Positions 9,192 to 18,323 of a DNA stretch of 40,095 nt are shown here, piece by piece. The number at the start of each line of letters is the position of its first letter. Position 1 is the first letter of the stretch. Made by a program: the position numbers and the translations under genes. The notes under the pieces were generated by a model. The model was not told the DNA's origin, did no database searches, and worked only from the letters and a program-made list of their open reading frames with translations. Source of the DNA: an uncultured Lachnospiraceae bacterium (GTDB lineage Bacteria > Bacillota > Clostridia > Lachnospirales > Lachnospiraceae). Location of the stretch: assembly GCA_947177925.1 (NCBI GenBank), contig CAMWWJ010000001.1:1-40095 (forward strand), in the 5' to 3' direction.

Positions 9192-10460
9192 ATGTTACAT
9201 ATAGAAAATCATGATGTGAAAGAACATATTTTAGAAGGAAATTTTGGACTGGAGAAGGAAAGCTTAAGGATAAAAAAAGACGGCACGTTATCCCATTCAC
9301 CCCATCCATTTACGGATGATACGCATATTGTAAAGGACTTCTGTGAAAATCAAACGGAAATTAACACATCGGTACATACCAGTGCAAAAGATGCGGTTGA
9401 AGAACTTGAATTTCACAACAGGCGCATTTATGAAAGATTAGGAAGTCTGCCGGAAAGAGAATACCTTTGGCTGTTTTCCAATCCACCTTATATTCAAAAT
9501 GAAAGTGATATACCAGTTGCGGTTTTTGAAGGGACCCATGTGTCAAAAACAGCATACAGGGAGTATTTATCTACAAAATACGGACGGTATAAAATGACGT
9601 TTTCCGGCATCCATGTAAATTATTCCTTTTCTGAGAAACTGCTGAAAGCTAATTTTAGTTATCAAAAGGAGACGGATTATCAAGAATACAAAAACAAGTT
9701 TTATTTGGAACTTGCACAGAGAATGGCTGCATATGGCTGGCTGCTTGTGGCAGTGACTGCGGCAAGTCCGCTTCTGGACAGCTCATTTGTAGAGAAAGGC
9801 ATTTGCAATCAGGATGTGTTTACGGGAATGGCATCAGTAAGATGCGGTGAAATGGGATATTGGAACGAGTTTGCGCCTATTCTGGATTATCATAATATTT
9901 CCGCATATGCAGACAGTATACGAAAATATGTGGATATGGGGTTATTGAAGGCAGCTTCTGAACTGTATTATCCAATACGGTTAAAGCCGGCAGGAGAAAA
10001 TAACTTAGAGTCGTTGTGCCGAAATGGCGTCAATCATATAGAGCTGCGCATGTTTGATTTAAATCCTCTTGTAAGCGCCGGTGTGGAGGAAAAGGATATT
10101 ATCTTTGCACAGCTTTTAATGGTCTGGCTTGCTGCAACCCCAAGTCAGCCATTCAGCGAAAAGGACCAGATTCAGGCAGTGCAGAATTTTAAGAATGCCG
10201 CCCGGTACGATTTAAAGACAGTCAATATATTGACACCAGATGGAGAATTATATTCTGTAGCCCATGCAGCCTTAAAAGTAATTGATATGATGAAAGAGTT
10301 CTACGGCGGACTTTCGTTAGATGTGGATGAAATCCTACAGTTTGAATATGAAAAATTTACAGATGCAGATAACAGGTATGCGTGGAGAATCAGAAAACAA
10401 TTTGGAGATGGATTTGTAAAAAAAGGGTTGGAGCTTGTAAAGGAAAGGCAGGGGGAATAA
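9192..10460 (+). CDS. gshA: glutamate--cysteine ligase (stand-alone, no glutathione synthetase domain)
   Basis: GLEKESLRI and SGIHVNYSF motifs of the GshA/GshF N-terminal domain. At 422 aa there is no ATP-grasp extension. Confidence 0.75.
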   Translation: MLHIENHDVKEHILEGNFGLEKESLRIKKDGTLSHSPHPFTDDTHIVKDFCENQTEINTSVHTSAKDAVEELEFHNRRIYERLGSLPEREYLWLFSNPPYIQNESDIPVAVFEGTHVSKTAYREYLSTKYGRYKMTFSGIHVNYSFSEKLLKANFSYQKETDYQEYKNKFYLELAQRMAAYGWLLVAVTAASPLLDSSFVEKGICNQDVFTGMASVRCGEMGYWNEFAPILDYHNISAYADSIRKYVDMGLLKAASELYYPIRLKPAGENNLESLCRNGVNHIELRMFDLNPLVSAGVEEKDIIFAQLLMVWLAATPSQPFSEKDQIQAVQNFKNAARYDLKTVNILTPDGELYSVAHAALKVIDMMKEFYGGLSLDVDEILQFEYEKFTDADNRYAWRIRKQFGDGFVKKGLELVKERQGE

Positions 10461-10577
10461 ATGTGTGAATTGTTTGGCGTAACCTCCCATGGCAAGCTGG
10501 AATTAAATGAGCTTCTTTTGGAATTTAAGAATATGTCAGGTTCATTCCAACCCATAGACAATATCTATCATGTGTAA
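10461..10577 (+). pseudogene. remnant of a class II (Ntn) glutamine amidotransferase
   Basis: The ORF starts MCELFGVTSHG..., the Cys2 nucleophile signature of YafJ/EgtC-like GATases. It stops after 38 codons, where full-length proteins have more than 200 aa. Confidence 0.5.
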
Positions 10578-10612
10578 AAGGAATAATCTATTACCTTGAT
10601 TAAGAAAATCTA

Positions 10613-10641
10613 TTGACAAGATAAATATGGAAAAGTATAAT
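10613..10641 (+). promoter_or_regulatory. consensus sigmaA promoter (TTGACA-N17-TATAAT)
   Basis: TTGACA at 10613-10618 and TATAAT at 10636-10641 with an exact 17-nt spacer. Confidence 0.7.
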
Positions 10642-10663
10642 TTGTAGCATAGAACAAAACCTA

Positions 10664-10690
10664 TAAAACCTATTAGGTAAATAGGAATTA
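10664..10690 (+). promoter_or_regulatory. CymR-like (Rrf2) operator candidate
   Basis: TAAAACCTATTAGGTAAATAGGAATTA matches the B. subtilis CymR box as I recall it (TAAWNCNNANTWNANNNATMGGAATTW) at all specified positions except one. Confidence 0.45.
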
Positions 10691-10707
10691 AGAAAGGAGC
10701 AATTCAT

Positions 10708-10803
10708 ATGAAAACAAATAATATGGTAACGAACAGAAGAAATAATAATTGTTGTTGCTGTCAGACTGTATATACGAATACGGTTTACTTTTCATGTGTA
10801 TGA
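10708..10803 (+). CDS. leader peptide ORF with a four-Cys run (MKTNNMVTNRRNNNCCCCQTVYTNTVYFSCV)
   Basis: AAAGGAG RBS 8 nt upstream of the ATG. Codons TGT TGT TGC TGT occupy 10750-10761. The ORF sits between the consensus promoter and cysK. Confidence 0.55.
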   Translation: MKTNNMVTNRRNNNCCCCQTVYTNTVYFSCV

Positions 10804-10832
10804 TGCACCCGGCTTACTAAGCACAAAGCTGG

Positions 10833-10865
10833 CAGTTGTCATAAGCACATGGCAGCTGTTTTTTT
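10833..10865 (+). terminator. weak terminator/attenuator hairpin with a 7-T run
   Basis: CAGTTG/CAGCTG stem (one G-U pair; alternative register AGCTGGC/GGCAGCT) directly followed by TTTTTTT at 10859-10865. It is flanked by the direct repeats TAAGCACA...GGCAG. Confidence 0.4.
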
Positions 10866-10927
10866 ATGAACTTGAAGGATGTTAGCAGAGCTATCAAACA
10901 AATATTAATTTTATGGAGGTAATCATT

Positions 10928-11866
10928 ATGAGTCAGATTAAAGAAAGTGCGCTGGAGTTAATCGGAAAAACCCCAATACTGAAACTGAACGGGTATGCGA
11001 AGAAAGCAGGCGCAGCAGATGCTACAATTCTTGCAAAGCTGGAATATTTCAATCCGGCGGGTTCCGTGAAGGATCGTATTGCATTGGCAATGATTGAGGA
11101 TGCGGAAAAGAAAGGTCTTTTAAAAGAGGGAGCAACCATTATTGAGCCTACCAGCGGGAATACCGGAATCGGTCTTGCTGCTGTTGCAGCGGCAAAAGGA
11201 TACCGGGCAATCCTTACCCTGCCGGATACCATGAGCGTTGAGAGGAGAAATCTTTTAAAGGCATATGGTGCAGAGCTGGTGCTCACAGAAGGGGCCAAAG
11301 GAATGAAGGGGGCTATTGCAAAAGCAGAGGAGCTTTCTAAGGAAATTGACGGAGCAATTATCTTAGGACAGTTTGTGAATCCGGCGAACCCTGCAGTGCA
11401 TAAGGCTACAACAGGACCGGAAATCTGGGAACAGACAGAGGGAAAGGTTGACATTTTTGTTGCTGGTGTAGGAACAGGCGGAACCATCACAGGTGTTGGC
11501 GAATTTTTAAAAGAAAAGAATCCGGATGTAAAAATTGTGGCAGTTGAGCCGGCGGGAAGCCCTGTTTTGTCAAAGGGAACTTCGGGGGCACATAAGATTC
11601 AGGGAATTGGTGCAGGATTTGTTCCAGAAGTACTCAATACAGAAGTGTATGATGAAATTATTACGATTGAGAATGAGGATGCATTTGCAGAAGGCAAGGC
11701 ATTTGCAGTGAGTGAAGGAATCCTTGTGGGAATCTCTTCCGGCGCTGCGCTTAAGGCAGCAGTGATTCTTGCGAACAGACCGGAAAATAAAGGAAAGACG
11801 ATTGTAGCATTACTTCCTGACTCTGGCGACAGATATTTGTCTACTCCATTATTCAATAATAATTAG
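10928..11866 (+). CDS. cysK: O-acetylserine sulfhydrylase (cysteine synthase A), canonical type
   Basis: SVKDRIA PLP lysine, [10 protein letters not shown] and [10 protein letters not shown] motifs. The start is moved to the ATG at 10928, 8 nt after GGAGG. Confidence 0.9.
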   Translation: MSQIKESALELIGKTPILKLNGYAKKAGAADATILAKLEYFNPAGSVKDRIALAMIEDAEKKGLLKEGATIIEPTSGNTGIGLAAVAAAKGYRAILTLPDTMSVERRNLLKAYGAELVLTEGAKGMKGAIAKAEELSKEIDGAIILGQFVNPANPAVHKATTGPEIWEQTEGKVDIFVAGVGTGGTITGVGEFLKEKNPDVKIVAVEPAGSPVLSKGTSGAHKIQGIGAGFVPEVLNTEVYDEIITIENEDAFAEGKAFAVSEGILVGISSGAALKAAVILANRPENKGKTIVALLPDSGDRYLSTPLFNNN

Positions 11867-11984
11867 GAAACGCTGATGAAAGCGTTTCCCGCACCGGATT
11901 TGCGCTGCATGGCAGCATGATTCCGTTGCAAATCCGTGTGCATACGAAGCAGACAGATTTTGTCCGGATTGGAGGCGGATGTGA

Positions 11985-12143
11985 ATGAAAGAAACAGAAA
12001 GTAAGCAGGTTTTGGATAGTTCGCATTTAGGCACTCTTGAAGAACTGTTAAGTGATATGAAATATGGAAGCATCACACTTATTATTCAGGATGGTAAAAT
12101 TGTCCAAATAGATAAAACTGAAAAATATAGAATAAAAGACTGA
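11985..12143 (+). CDS. yezD: YezD-family small protein (DUF2292)
   Basis: 52-aa ORF with the core YGSITLIIQDGKIVQIDKTEKYRI typical of YezD. GGAGG lies 9 nt upstream. It is too short for the ORF track. Confidence 0.65.
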   Translation: MKETESKQVLDSSHLGTLEELLSDMKYGSITLIIQDGKIVQIDKTEKYRIKD

Positions 12144-12151
12144 CTGGAAAA

Positions 12152-12197
12152 CCAGAGGTTTTGTTAAAAAGATTAACAGACCTCTGGCTTTTTCTTT
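12152..12197 (+). terminator. rho-independent terminator after yezD
   Basis: CCAGAGGT/ACCTCTGG 8-bp stem followed by CTTTTTCTTT. Confidence 0.7.
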
Positions 12198-12223
12198 ATA
12201 AATCGTTGTAGTTCCACAATCAG

Positions 12224-12293
12224 GATGCTGTAGCCGTTGGAATGGCATAGGTTTGCAAAACTGAAGTTGGCGGTTCGAATCCGCCCAGTATCA
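12224..12293 (+). tRNA. tRNA-Cys(GCA)-like element, atypical and possibly a pseudo-tRNA or tRNA-derived
   Basis: Manual cloverleaf. The acceptor stem GATGCTG/CAGTATC has one G-U pair. The D stem is GCCG/TGGC. The anticodon loop is TTGCAAA. The T arm GGCGG-TTCGAAT-CCGCC is perfect. Deviations are an A28-G42 mismatch, U14, an A73 discriminator and no encoded CCA. Confidence 0.5.
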
Positions 12294-12333
12294 TTCAGTA
12301 ACGCTTCGGATTCAGGGTAAACCATGACAAACT

Positions 12334-12349
12334 ATATTTTGCATAATAT
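12334..12349. promoter_or_regulatory. near-perfect 16-bp palindrome, candidate regulator (LysR-type) site upstream of the nif-like operon
   Basis: ATATTTTG/CATAATAT has 7 of 8 symmetric positions. It lies 46-61 nt upstream of the NifB-like start. A TATTAT -10 candidate at 12371-12376 has a poor -35. Confidence 0.25.
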
Positions 12350-12394
12350 TTTCTGTTCTGAATCGTTACATATTATAGTGAAAGAAGGTGTAGT

Positions 12395-13267
12395 ATGAGC
12401 AATACATATCAGGACTTGCAAAACTCCCATCCGTGTTTTGGCGGTCATAAAAATAATGTGGGACGGATTCATCTTCCGGTTAGTCCGGGATGTAACATTG
12501 CCTGCCGTTTTTGTGACAGGGTGATCAATGATGTGGAAGAACGGCCGGGAGTGACCTCGAAAGTGATAACGCCTGATGAAAGTCTGGAAGTTCTGGAAAA
12601 AGCTTTATCCATTTGTCCGGAAATCACAGTTGCCGGCATTGCGGGACCGGGAGATACACTTGCTACGGATTATGCCTTGGAGACTTTCCGGAAGGTAAAA
12701 GAAAAATTCCCGAAGCTCATCAAATGTATGAGCACAAACGGGCTGCTTTTGTATGAAAAGGCGGATGAAGTGATTGATATAGGAATTGACTCCCTGACGG
12801 TTACAGTGAATGCGGTAAAACCGGAGATCCTCGCAAAGCTGAATAAATACATTATTTATCATGGCAGAAGATATGAGGGCATAGAAGGGGCAGAAATTCT
12901 CATAGAGAATCAGTTAAAAGGCATCAAAAAAGTTGCGGCTGCCGGTATCACAATAAAGATAAATACGGTACTTGTTCCAGAAATTAATGGCGGGCATATA
13001 GAAGAAATTGCAAGAACCGTAAAAGAGGCAGGTGCAAGCATTTATAATATTATTCCCCTGATTCCGCAGTATGAACTGGCTGACCAGAAAGCACCTGTCT
13101 GTTCCCAGATTGATGAGGCAAGAACAAAAGCCTCTAAGTATATAGATGTATTCAGGCATTGCCAGCACTGCAGGGCCGATGCGGTGGGTGTTCCGGGAAA
13201 ATCGGAGTACGGTGATCAGATTTACCAAAGAAGATTAAATGTAAAGGAAACATTTTCGCATGGATAA
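12395..13267 (+). CDS. NifB-type radical SAM protein (catalytic domain only)
   Basis: HPCF...HLPVSPGCNIACRFCDR provides the CxxxCxxC motif. The C-terminal HCQHCRADAVGVPG resembles the NifB CRADAVG signature. Length is 290 aa. Confidence 0.8.
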   Translation: MSNTYQDLQNSHPCFGGHKNNVGRIHLPVSPGCNIACRFCDRVINDVEERPGVTSKVITPDESLEVLEKALSICPEITVAGIAGPGDTLATDYALETFRKVKEKFPKLIKCMSTNGLLLYEKADEVIDIGIDSLTVTVNAVKPEILAKLNKYIIYHGRRYEGIEGAEILIENQLKGIKKVAAAGITIKINTVLVPEINGGHIEEIARTVKEAGASIYNIIPLIPQYELADQKAPVCSQIDEARTKASKYIDVFRHCQHCRADAVGVPGKSEYGDQIYQRRLNVKETFSHG

Positions 13268-13640
13268 ATCCGCAAATAAACAATTAGAAGAAAGGGTATA
13301 TAAAGTGGCTGCTGCCTCTAGTGATGGAATTGTCATAAACCAGCATTTTGGAAGGGCGGATACATTTTATATATATGAAGTGGCGGGAGCAGGCAATTAT
13401 AGATTTCTTGAAACAAGAACAGTTACACCTGTATGTAACGGGGGGAATCACAGTGATAAGGAACTCCGTGATAATATCAGCAAATTCAAGGACTGCAAAT
13501 ACATATTAGTCAGCAGGATAGGAATGGGCGCTGCGAATATGGTGGAACAGTCCGGCATTACACCAATGGAGCTGCCGGGAATGATGGAAGAGTCACTGGA
13601 TAAGTTAATTACATATGAACAATTACAAAATTTATTTTGA
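13260..13640 (+). CDS. NifX/NafY/NifB-C-terminal-type small domain protein (dinitrogenase FeMo-cofactor-binding fold)
   Basis: VAAASSDGIVINQHFGRADTFYIYEV matches the family signature. It is translationally coupled to the upstream gene (ATGGATAA overlap). Confidence 0.7.
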   Translation: MDKSANKQLEERVYKVAAASSDGIVINQHFGRADTFYIYEVAGAGNYRFLETRTVTPVCNGGNHSDKELRDNISKFKDCKYILVSRIGMGAANMVEQSGITPMELPGMMEESLDKLITYEQLQNLF

Positions 13641-14504
<864 letters not shown>

Positions 14505-14519
14505 AACGGAGGAAAGACA

Positions 14520-15518
14520 ATGGCGAAAATATACGAATCAATTACGGAACTTGTTGGAAGAACACCGCTTCTTGAAATCAAAAATTATGAAAAAAAGCAT
14601 GGCTTACAGGCAAAGATTCTGGTAAAGCTGGAGTATTACAATCCAAACCAGAGCGTAAAGGACAGAATTGCCCTGGCGATGGTGGAGGATGCAGAAAAAA
14701 GAGGACGTTTAAAGCCAGGATATACGATTGTGGAAACAACCAGCGGCAACACCGGAATCGGATTGGCGGCAATCGCTGCGACAAAAGGGTATAAATTCCG
14801 TGTCTATATTCAGGATCAGGTCAGTCAGGAGAGGTATCAGGTCATACATGCTTTTGGCGGGGAGACAATCAAACTTTCTGAGGAACCGGCAATTGCCAAA
14901 GTGCTGGAAGAAACAGGCGGGGATTTTGTAGCAGCAATCAAGGCATTGCGGGAGGAAGTCCTGTCTAAGGAAAAGGATATTTTCTTTGTGGATCAGGTTT
15001 CTAACCCTGCCAATCCGGCTATTCATGAAGCTACAACCGGACCGGAGATATGGGAAGATACCGATGGTAAAGTGGATATTTTTGTGGCAAATGTAGGAAC
15101 GGGCGGAACAGTATCTGGTACCGGCAAGTATTTGAAGTCAAAGAATCCGGCTATAAAGATTGTAGCTATTCAGCCGGGAGAAAATTCCCTGCCGAGTGAT
15201 GCGAATCCTGAACCGGAAGAAATTACAGGCGTGCATCCATTTGAGGGAGTTCCGGAAGAGAGAGTTCCGGCAACGATGGATTTACATATTTATGATGAGA
15301 AGTTTGAAGTGGAAACAATTGAAGCCTATCAGGCAGCCAGGGAAGTAGCAAAGACAGATGGAATTTTGATTGGAACATCTTCTGGAGCGGCCATTTATGC
15401 GGCAACACAGATTGCAAAAAGGCCGGAAAATTCAGGAAAAACAATTGTGGCAGTCTTACCGGATACTGGGCTGCGTTATCTGTCCACTAATTTGTTTAAT
15501 GAAGATTTTTTAGGTTGA
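14520..15518 (+). CDS. divergent CysK/CysM-family PLP enzyme (paralog group with 23309..24295)
   Basis: SVKDRIA and [10 protein letters not shown] are conserved. The canonical [10 protein letters not shown] segment is replaced by PSDANPEPEEITGVHPFEGVP, and there is a ~15-aa insertion. Confidence 0.8.
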   Translation: MAKIYESITELVGRTPLLEIKNYEKKHGLQAKILVKLEYYNPNQSVKDRIALAMVEDAEKRGRLKPGYTIVETTSGNTGIGLAAIAATKGYKFRVYIQDQVSQERYQVIHAFGGETIKLSEEPAIAKVLEETGGDFVAAIKALREEVLSKEKDIFFVDQVSNPANPAIHEATTGPEIWEDTDGKVDIFVANVGTGGTVSGTGKYLKSKNPAIKIVAIQPGENSLPSDANPEPEEITGVHPFEGVPEERVPATMDLHIYDEKFEVETIEAYQAAREVAKTDGILIGTSSGAAIYAATQIAKRPENSGKTIVAVLPDTGLRYLSTNLFNEDFLG

Positions 15519-15532
15519 AATGGAGGTAAATT

Positions 15533-17008
15533 ATGGCAATCAATTTAGAAAGTTCCAATGTGGCAACAAGAGAAAATCGGATTGGTTCTATCACAGGCTA
15601 CATTGGTTCGCTGAGCGATTTGGCATCGCAGAGTGAGTGTGGAACATTAAAAGGATGTTCCAGATGCTTTTCACAGTCCAGCACCTGCCTTTCAAGCTGT
15701 GCATTGGGACAGTTGTCTGCAATCCGTGATGTGGCAATCATTCATCATGGGCCGGCAGGATGTTCTGTGGCAAGCGCAGGAGCCTATTATCTGGATAAAG
15801 TTATGGCGAAGAAACGCGGTGTCACCAATGATACGGTTTATGTTGGCACAGATATGAATGAAAAGGATACCATATTTGGTTCTACGGAATCTTTGCGTAA
15901 GATTATATTGGAAGTTAATAAAAGGTATTCACCAAAAGCAATTTTTGTCACCAGTTCCTGTGCAACCGGAATTATTGGTGAGGATATTGACAGCGTGGTG
16001 GATGAGGTTCGAGATGAGATTGATGTTCCGGTTGTGGCAGTTCATTGTGAGGGATTTAAGTCCCGCATCTGGGCAACAGGCTTTGACATTGCCGACCATG
16101 CGGTACTAAGCTCGATTGTACAGCCGCCGAAGGAGAAGAGAAACACCATCAATTTCAAGAATTTTTATGAGAGTGCAAGACCGGAAATTATGGAGATGTT
16201 TCGGAAATTTGATTTGGAGCCGGTTTTCCTTTATTGTAACTCTACAGTGGAGGAACTGTCGCACATTTCGGAATCCCTTGCAACTACCTGTATCTGCGGT
16301 ACGCTGGGGAATTATCTGGGAAATGCACTGGAGGAAAAATATGGCGTGCCTTATGTGAGAAGCATCAACCAGTGTGGCATTGTGGGGTTTGAAACATGGC
16401 TGCGTGAGATTGGTAAGGTGACAGACCGAAGTGAAAAAATAGAGAAATATATTGAGGAGCAGAGGGCAGTCTACCTGCCACAGATTGAGGAAATCAAGAA
16501 AGAACTGAAAGGACTGCGGGCGGTAATCGGTATGGGACCGGGATATACTTTTGAGGTTTCAAGGGTTCTGAATGAACTTGGCATAGAGGTTGTGTGGGCG
16601 CTTGCATGGCATTATGACAAGAAGTACGAGAATGGGGATGTTCCGCCGTCTATGAAGTATCTGTTAGATAATGACATAGACTTTGAGGCAAGCGTTGCCG
16701 ACCAGCAGAACTTTGAAGTTATGAACATTTTACATAAGTACCAGCCTGATTTATACCTTTCCAGACATCCGGGTTCTACTGTCTGGGCAATCAAAAATGG
16801 TACTCCGGCGGTTTACGTGGCGGATGAATACATGATCTTTGGTTATAAACATACACTTGAGTTTGCCCGTACAATTCTTGACACCATCCGTAACAGGAGT
16901 TTTGAACAGAATCTGGCAAAACGGGTAAAGCTGCCTTATACAGAATGGTGGTATGAGCAGAATGTGGGTGCATTTTTAGAAGAGGCAAAGCCTCGGAAGG
17001 AGGCTTAA
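15533..17008 (+). CDS. NifD/NifE-like alpha subunit of a nitrogenase-like enzyme (pair 1)
   Basis: SCALGQ, HHGPAGC and SSCATGIIGEDID match the P-cluster Cys positions. CEGFKS is present. CICGTLGNYLGNALEEKYGVPY aligns with the NifD Cys275 region. Confidence 0.85.
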   Translation: MAINLESSNVATRENRIGSITGYIGSLSDLASQSECGTLKGCSRCFSQSSTCLSSCALGQLSAIRDVAIIHHGPAGCSVASAGAYYLDKVMAKKRGVTNDTVYVGTDMNEKDTIFGSTESLRKIILEVNKRYSPKAIFVTSSCATGIIGEDIDSVVDEVRDEIDVPVVAVHCEGFKSRIWATGFDIADHAVLSSIVQPPKEKRNTINFKNFYESARPEIMEMFRKFDLEPVFLYCNSTVEELSHISESLATTCICGTLGNYLGNALEEKYGVPYVRSINQCGIVGFETWLREIGKVTDRSEKIEKYIEEQRAVYLPQIEEIKKELKGLRAVIGMGPGYTFEVSRVLNELGIEVVWALAWHYDKKYENGDVPPSMKYLLDNDIDFEASVADQQNFEVMNILHKYQPDLYLSRHPGSTVWAIKNGTPAVYVADEYMIFGYKHTLEFARTILDTIRNRSFEQNLAKRVKLPYTEWWYEQNVGAFLEEAKPRKEA

Positions 17009-17010
17009 AA

Positions 17011-18309
17011 ATGGCAAAATTATTAGATAAACAGAGATATAAATGTGCTTTGGGAGCAATGCAGACAGTACAGGCGATTACAAGGGCGATACCAATACTG
17101 CATTCCGGTCCCGGATGTGCGCAGAAATTATCGGATGGAACAGGGAGTTCTGGTTATTTCTCGCCAAATATTTTTCCATGTACCAGTATAAATGAGAAGG
17201 ATGTGGTATTCGGCGGCACAAAAAAACTGGAAACAACGATAGAAAATGCATTAAAAGTGATTGATGCAGATTTATATGTGGTGTTGACTGGCTGTATCCC
17301 AGAAATTGTAGGTGATGATACAGGCGAGGTGGTAAGCAGGTTTGAAGATGCAGATAAGCCTGTTATTTACGCATCTACAGCGGGATTTAAGGGAAATAAC
17401 TATATCGGACATGAGCAGGTGATTGATGCCATTATAGACCAGTATCTGGAAAAGTCTGAAGAAAAGGAAAAGGGTTTGGTCAATATCTGGGCGGACGTTC
17501 CTTATCAGGATTTATTCTGGCTTGGAAATATCAGGGAACTTGAGAAATTGCTTGCGGAAATTGGGCTTACGCCAAACACGATTTTTGGATATAACAGAGG
17601 AATCGATCAGATCAATAAAATCCCCAAGGCAGAGTTTAACCTGTTGGTTTCCCCATGGGTTTCTGTTGGGAATATGAAGAAAATGGAGAAAAAACTGGGA
17701 CTTCCATGGCTTCATCTTCCTACACTTCCTATTGGTGCATTTGAGACAAGTAAGTTTTTGCGTGAGGTTTCTAAATTTGCAGGAGTGGATGAGGAAAAGG
17801 TGGAAAGCGTCATAGATGGGCATGAGAATTATTATTACTATCTGATTGAAAGATACGCAGACCTTTTTCTTGAAAACCGTGTGATCAATAAGCAGTTTTC
17901 CGTTGTTGCGGATGCGCAGTATGCCCTCGGTATTACGAAGTTTTTAGCAAATGATCTGGGGCTTGTGCCTGCAAAACAGTTTATCGTGGATGATACGCCC
18001 AAACAGTACCGTGAGGCAATTGCAGAAGAATTTAAGAAGCTGAACTTTAACCTGCAGGCGGATGTCATATTTGAGACGGACAGCTATAAGATTCATGAAC
18101 AGATCAAGGAGCATGATTACCACGGATATCCGCTGATCCTTGGAAGCTATTATGAAAAGGAACTTACGGAAAGCCTGAAAGGAAATTACTTAAATATTGC
18201 ATGGCCGGTACAGGATAAAGTGGTACTGGATGATTTCTATGCAGGCTATACAGGAGGTATCCGTCTGATTGAAGATATTTATACTGTTGCCGTGCAGAGA
18301 TTTAATTAG
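17011..18309 (+). CDS. NifK/NifN-like beta subunit (pair 1)
   Basis: KCALGA, HSGPGC and LTGCIPEIVGDD match the NifK-type Cys positions. The gene starts 3 nt after the alpha subunit ORF. Confidence 0.85.
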   Translation: MAKLLDKQRYKCALGAMQTVQAITRAIPILHSGPGCAQKLSDGTGSSGYFSPNIFPCTSINEKDVVFGGTKKLETTIENALKVIDADLYVVLTGCIPEIVGDDTGEVVSRFEDADKPVIYASTAGFKGNNYIGHEQVIDAIIDQYLEKSEEKEKGLVNIWADVPYQDLFWLGNIRELEKLLAEIGLTPNTIFGYNRGIDQINKIPKAEFNLLVSPWVSVGNMKKMEKKLGLPWLHLPTLPIGAFETSKFLREVSKFAGVDEEKVESVIDGHENYYYYLIERYADLFLENRVINKQFSVVADAQYALGITKFLANDLGLVPAKQFIVDDTPKQYREAIAEEFKKLNFNLQADVIFETDSYKIHEQIKEHDYHGYPLILGSYYEKELTESLKGNYLNIAWPVQDKVVLDDFYAGYTGGIRLIEDIYTVAVQRFN

Positions 18310-18323
18310 CAGGAGGGTTTCAT

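Noticed and set aside
10642-10707. T-box or SAM (S-box) riboswitch upstream of cysK, the nif-like operon or the importer
   Set aside because: The leaders are too short. I could not find the conserved T-box sequence (AATTAGGGTGGTACCGCG-like) or the SAM-I core. The regulation appears to use other mechanisms.
10933-11490. Long minus-strand ORFs inside strong plus-strand genes (also 22766..23326, 38548..39249, 23823..24293, 30192..30674 and many shorter ones)
   Set aside because: They lie fully within or antisense to CDSs with clear family motifs. They have low-complexity, Ser/Pro/Phe-rich translations, no RBS and no recognisable domains. These are typical shadow ORFs.
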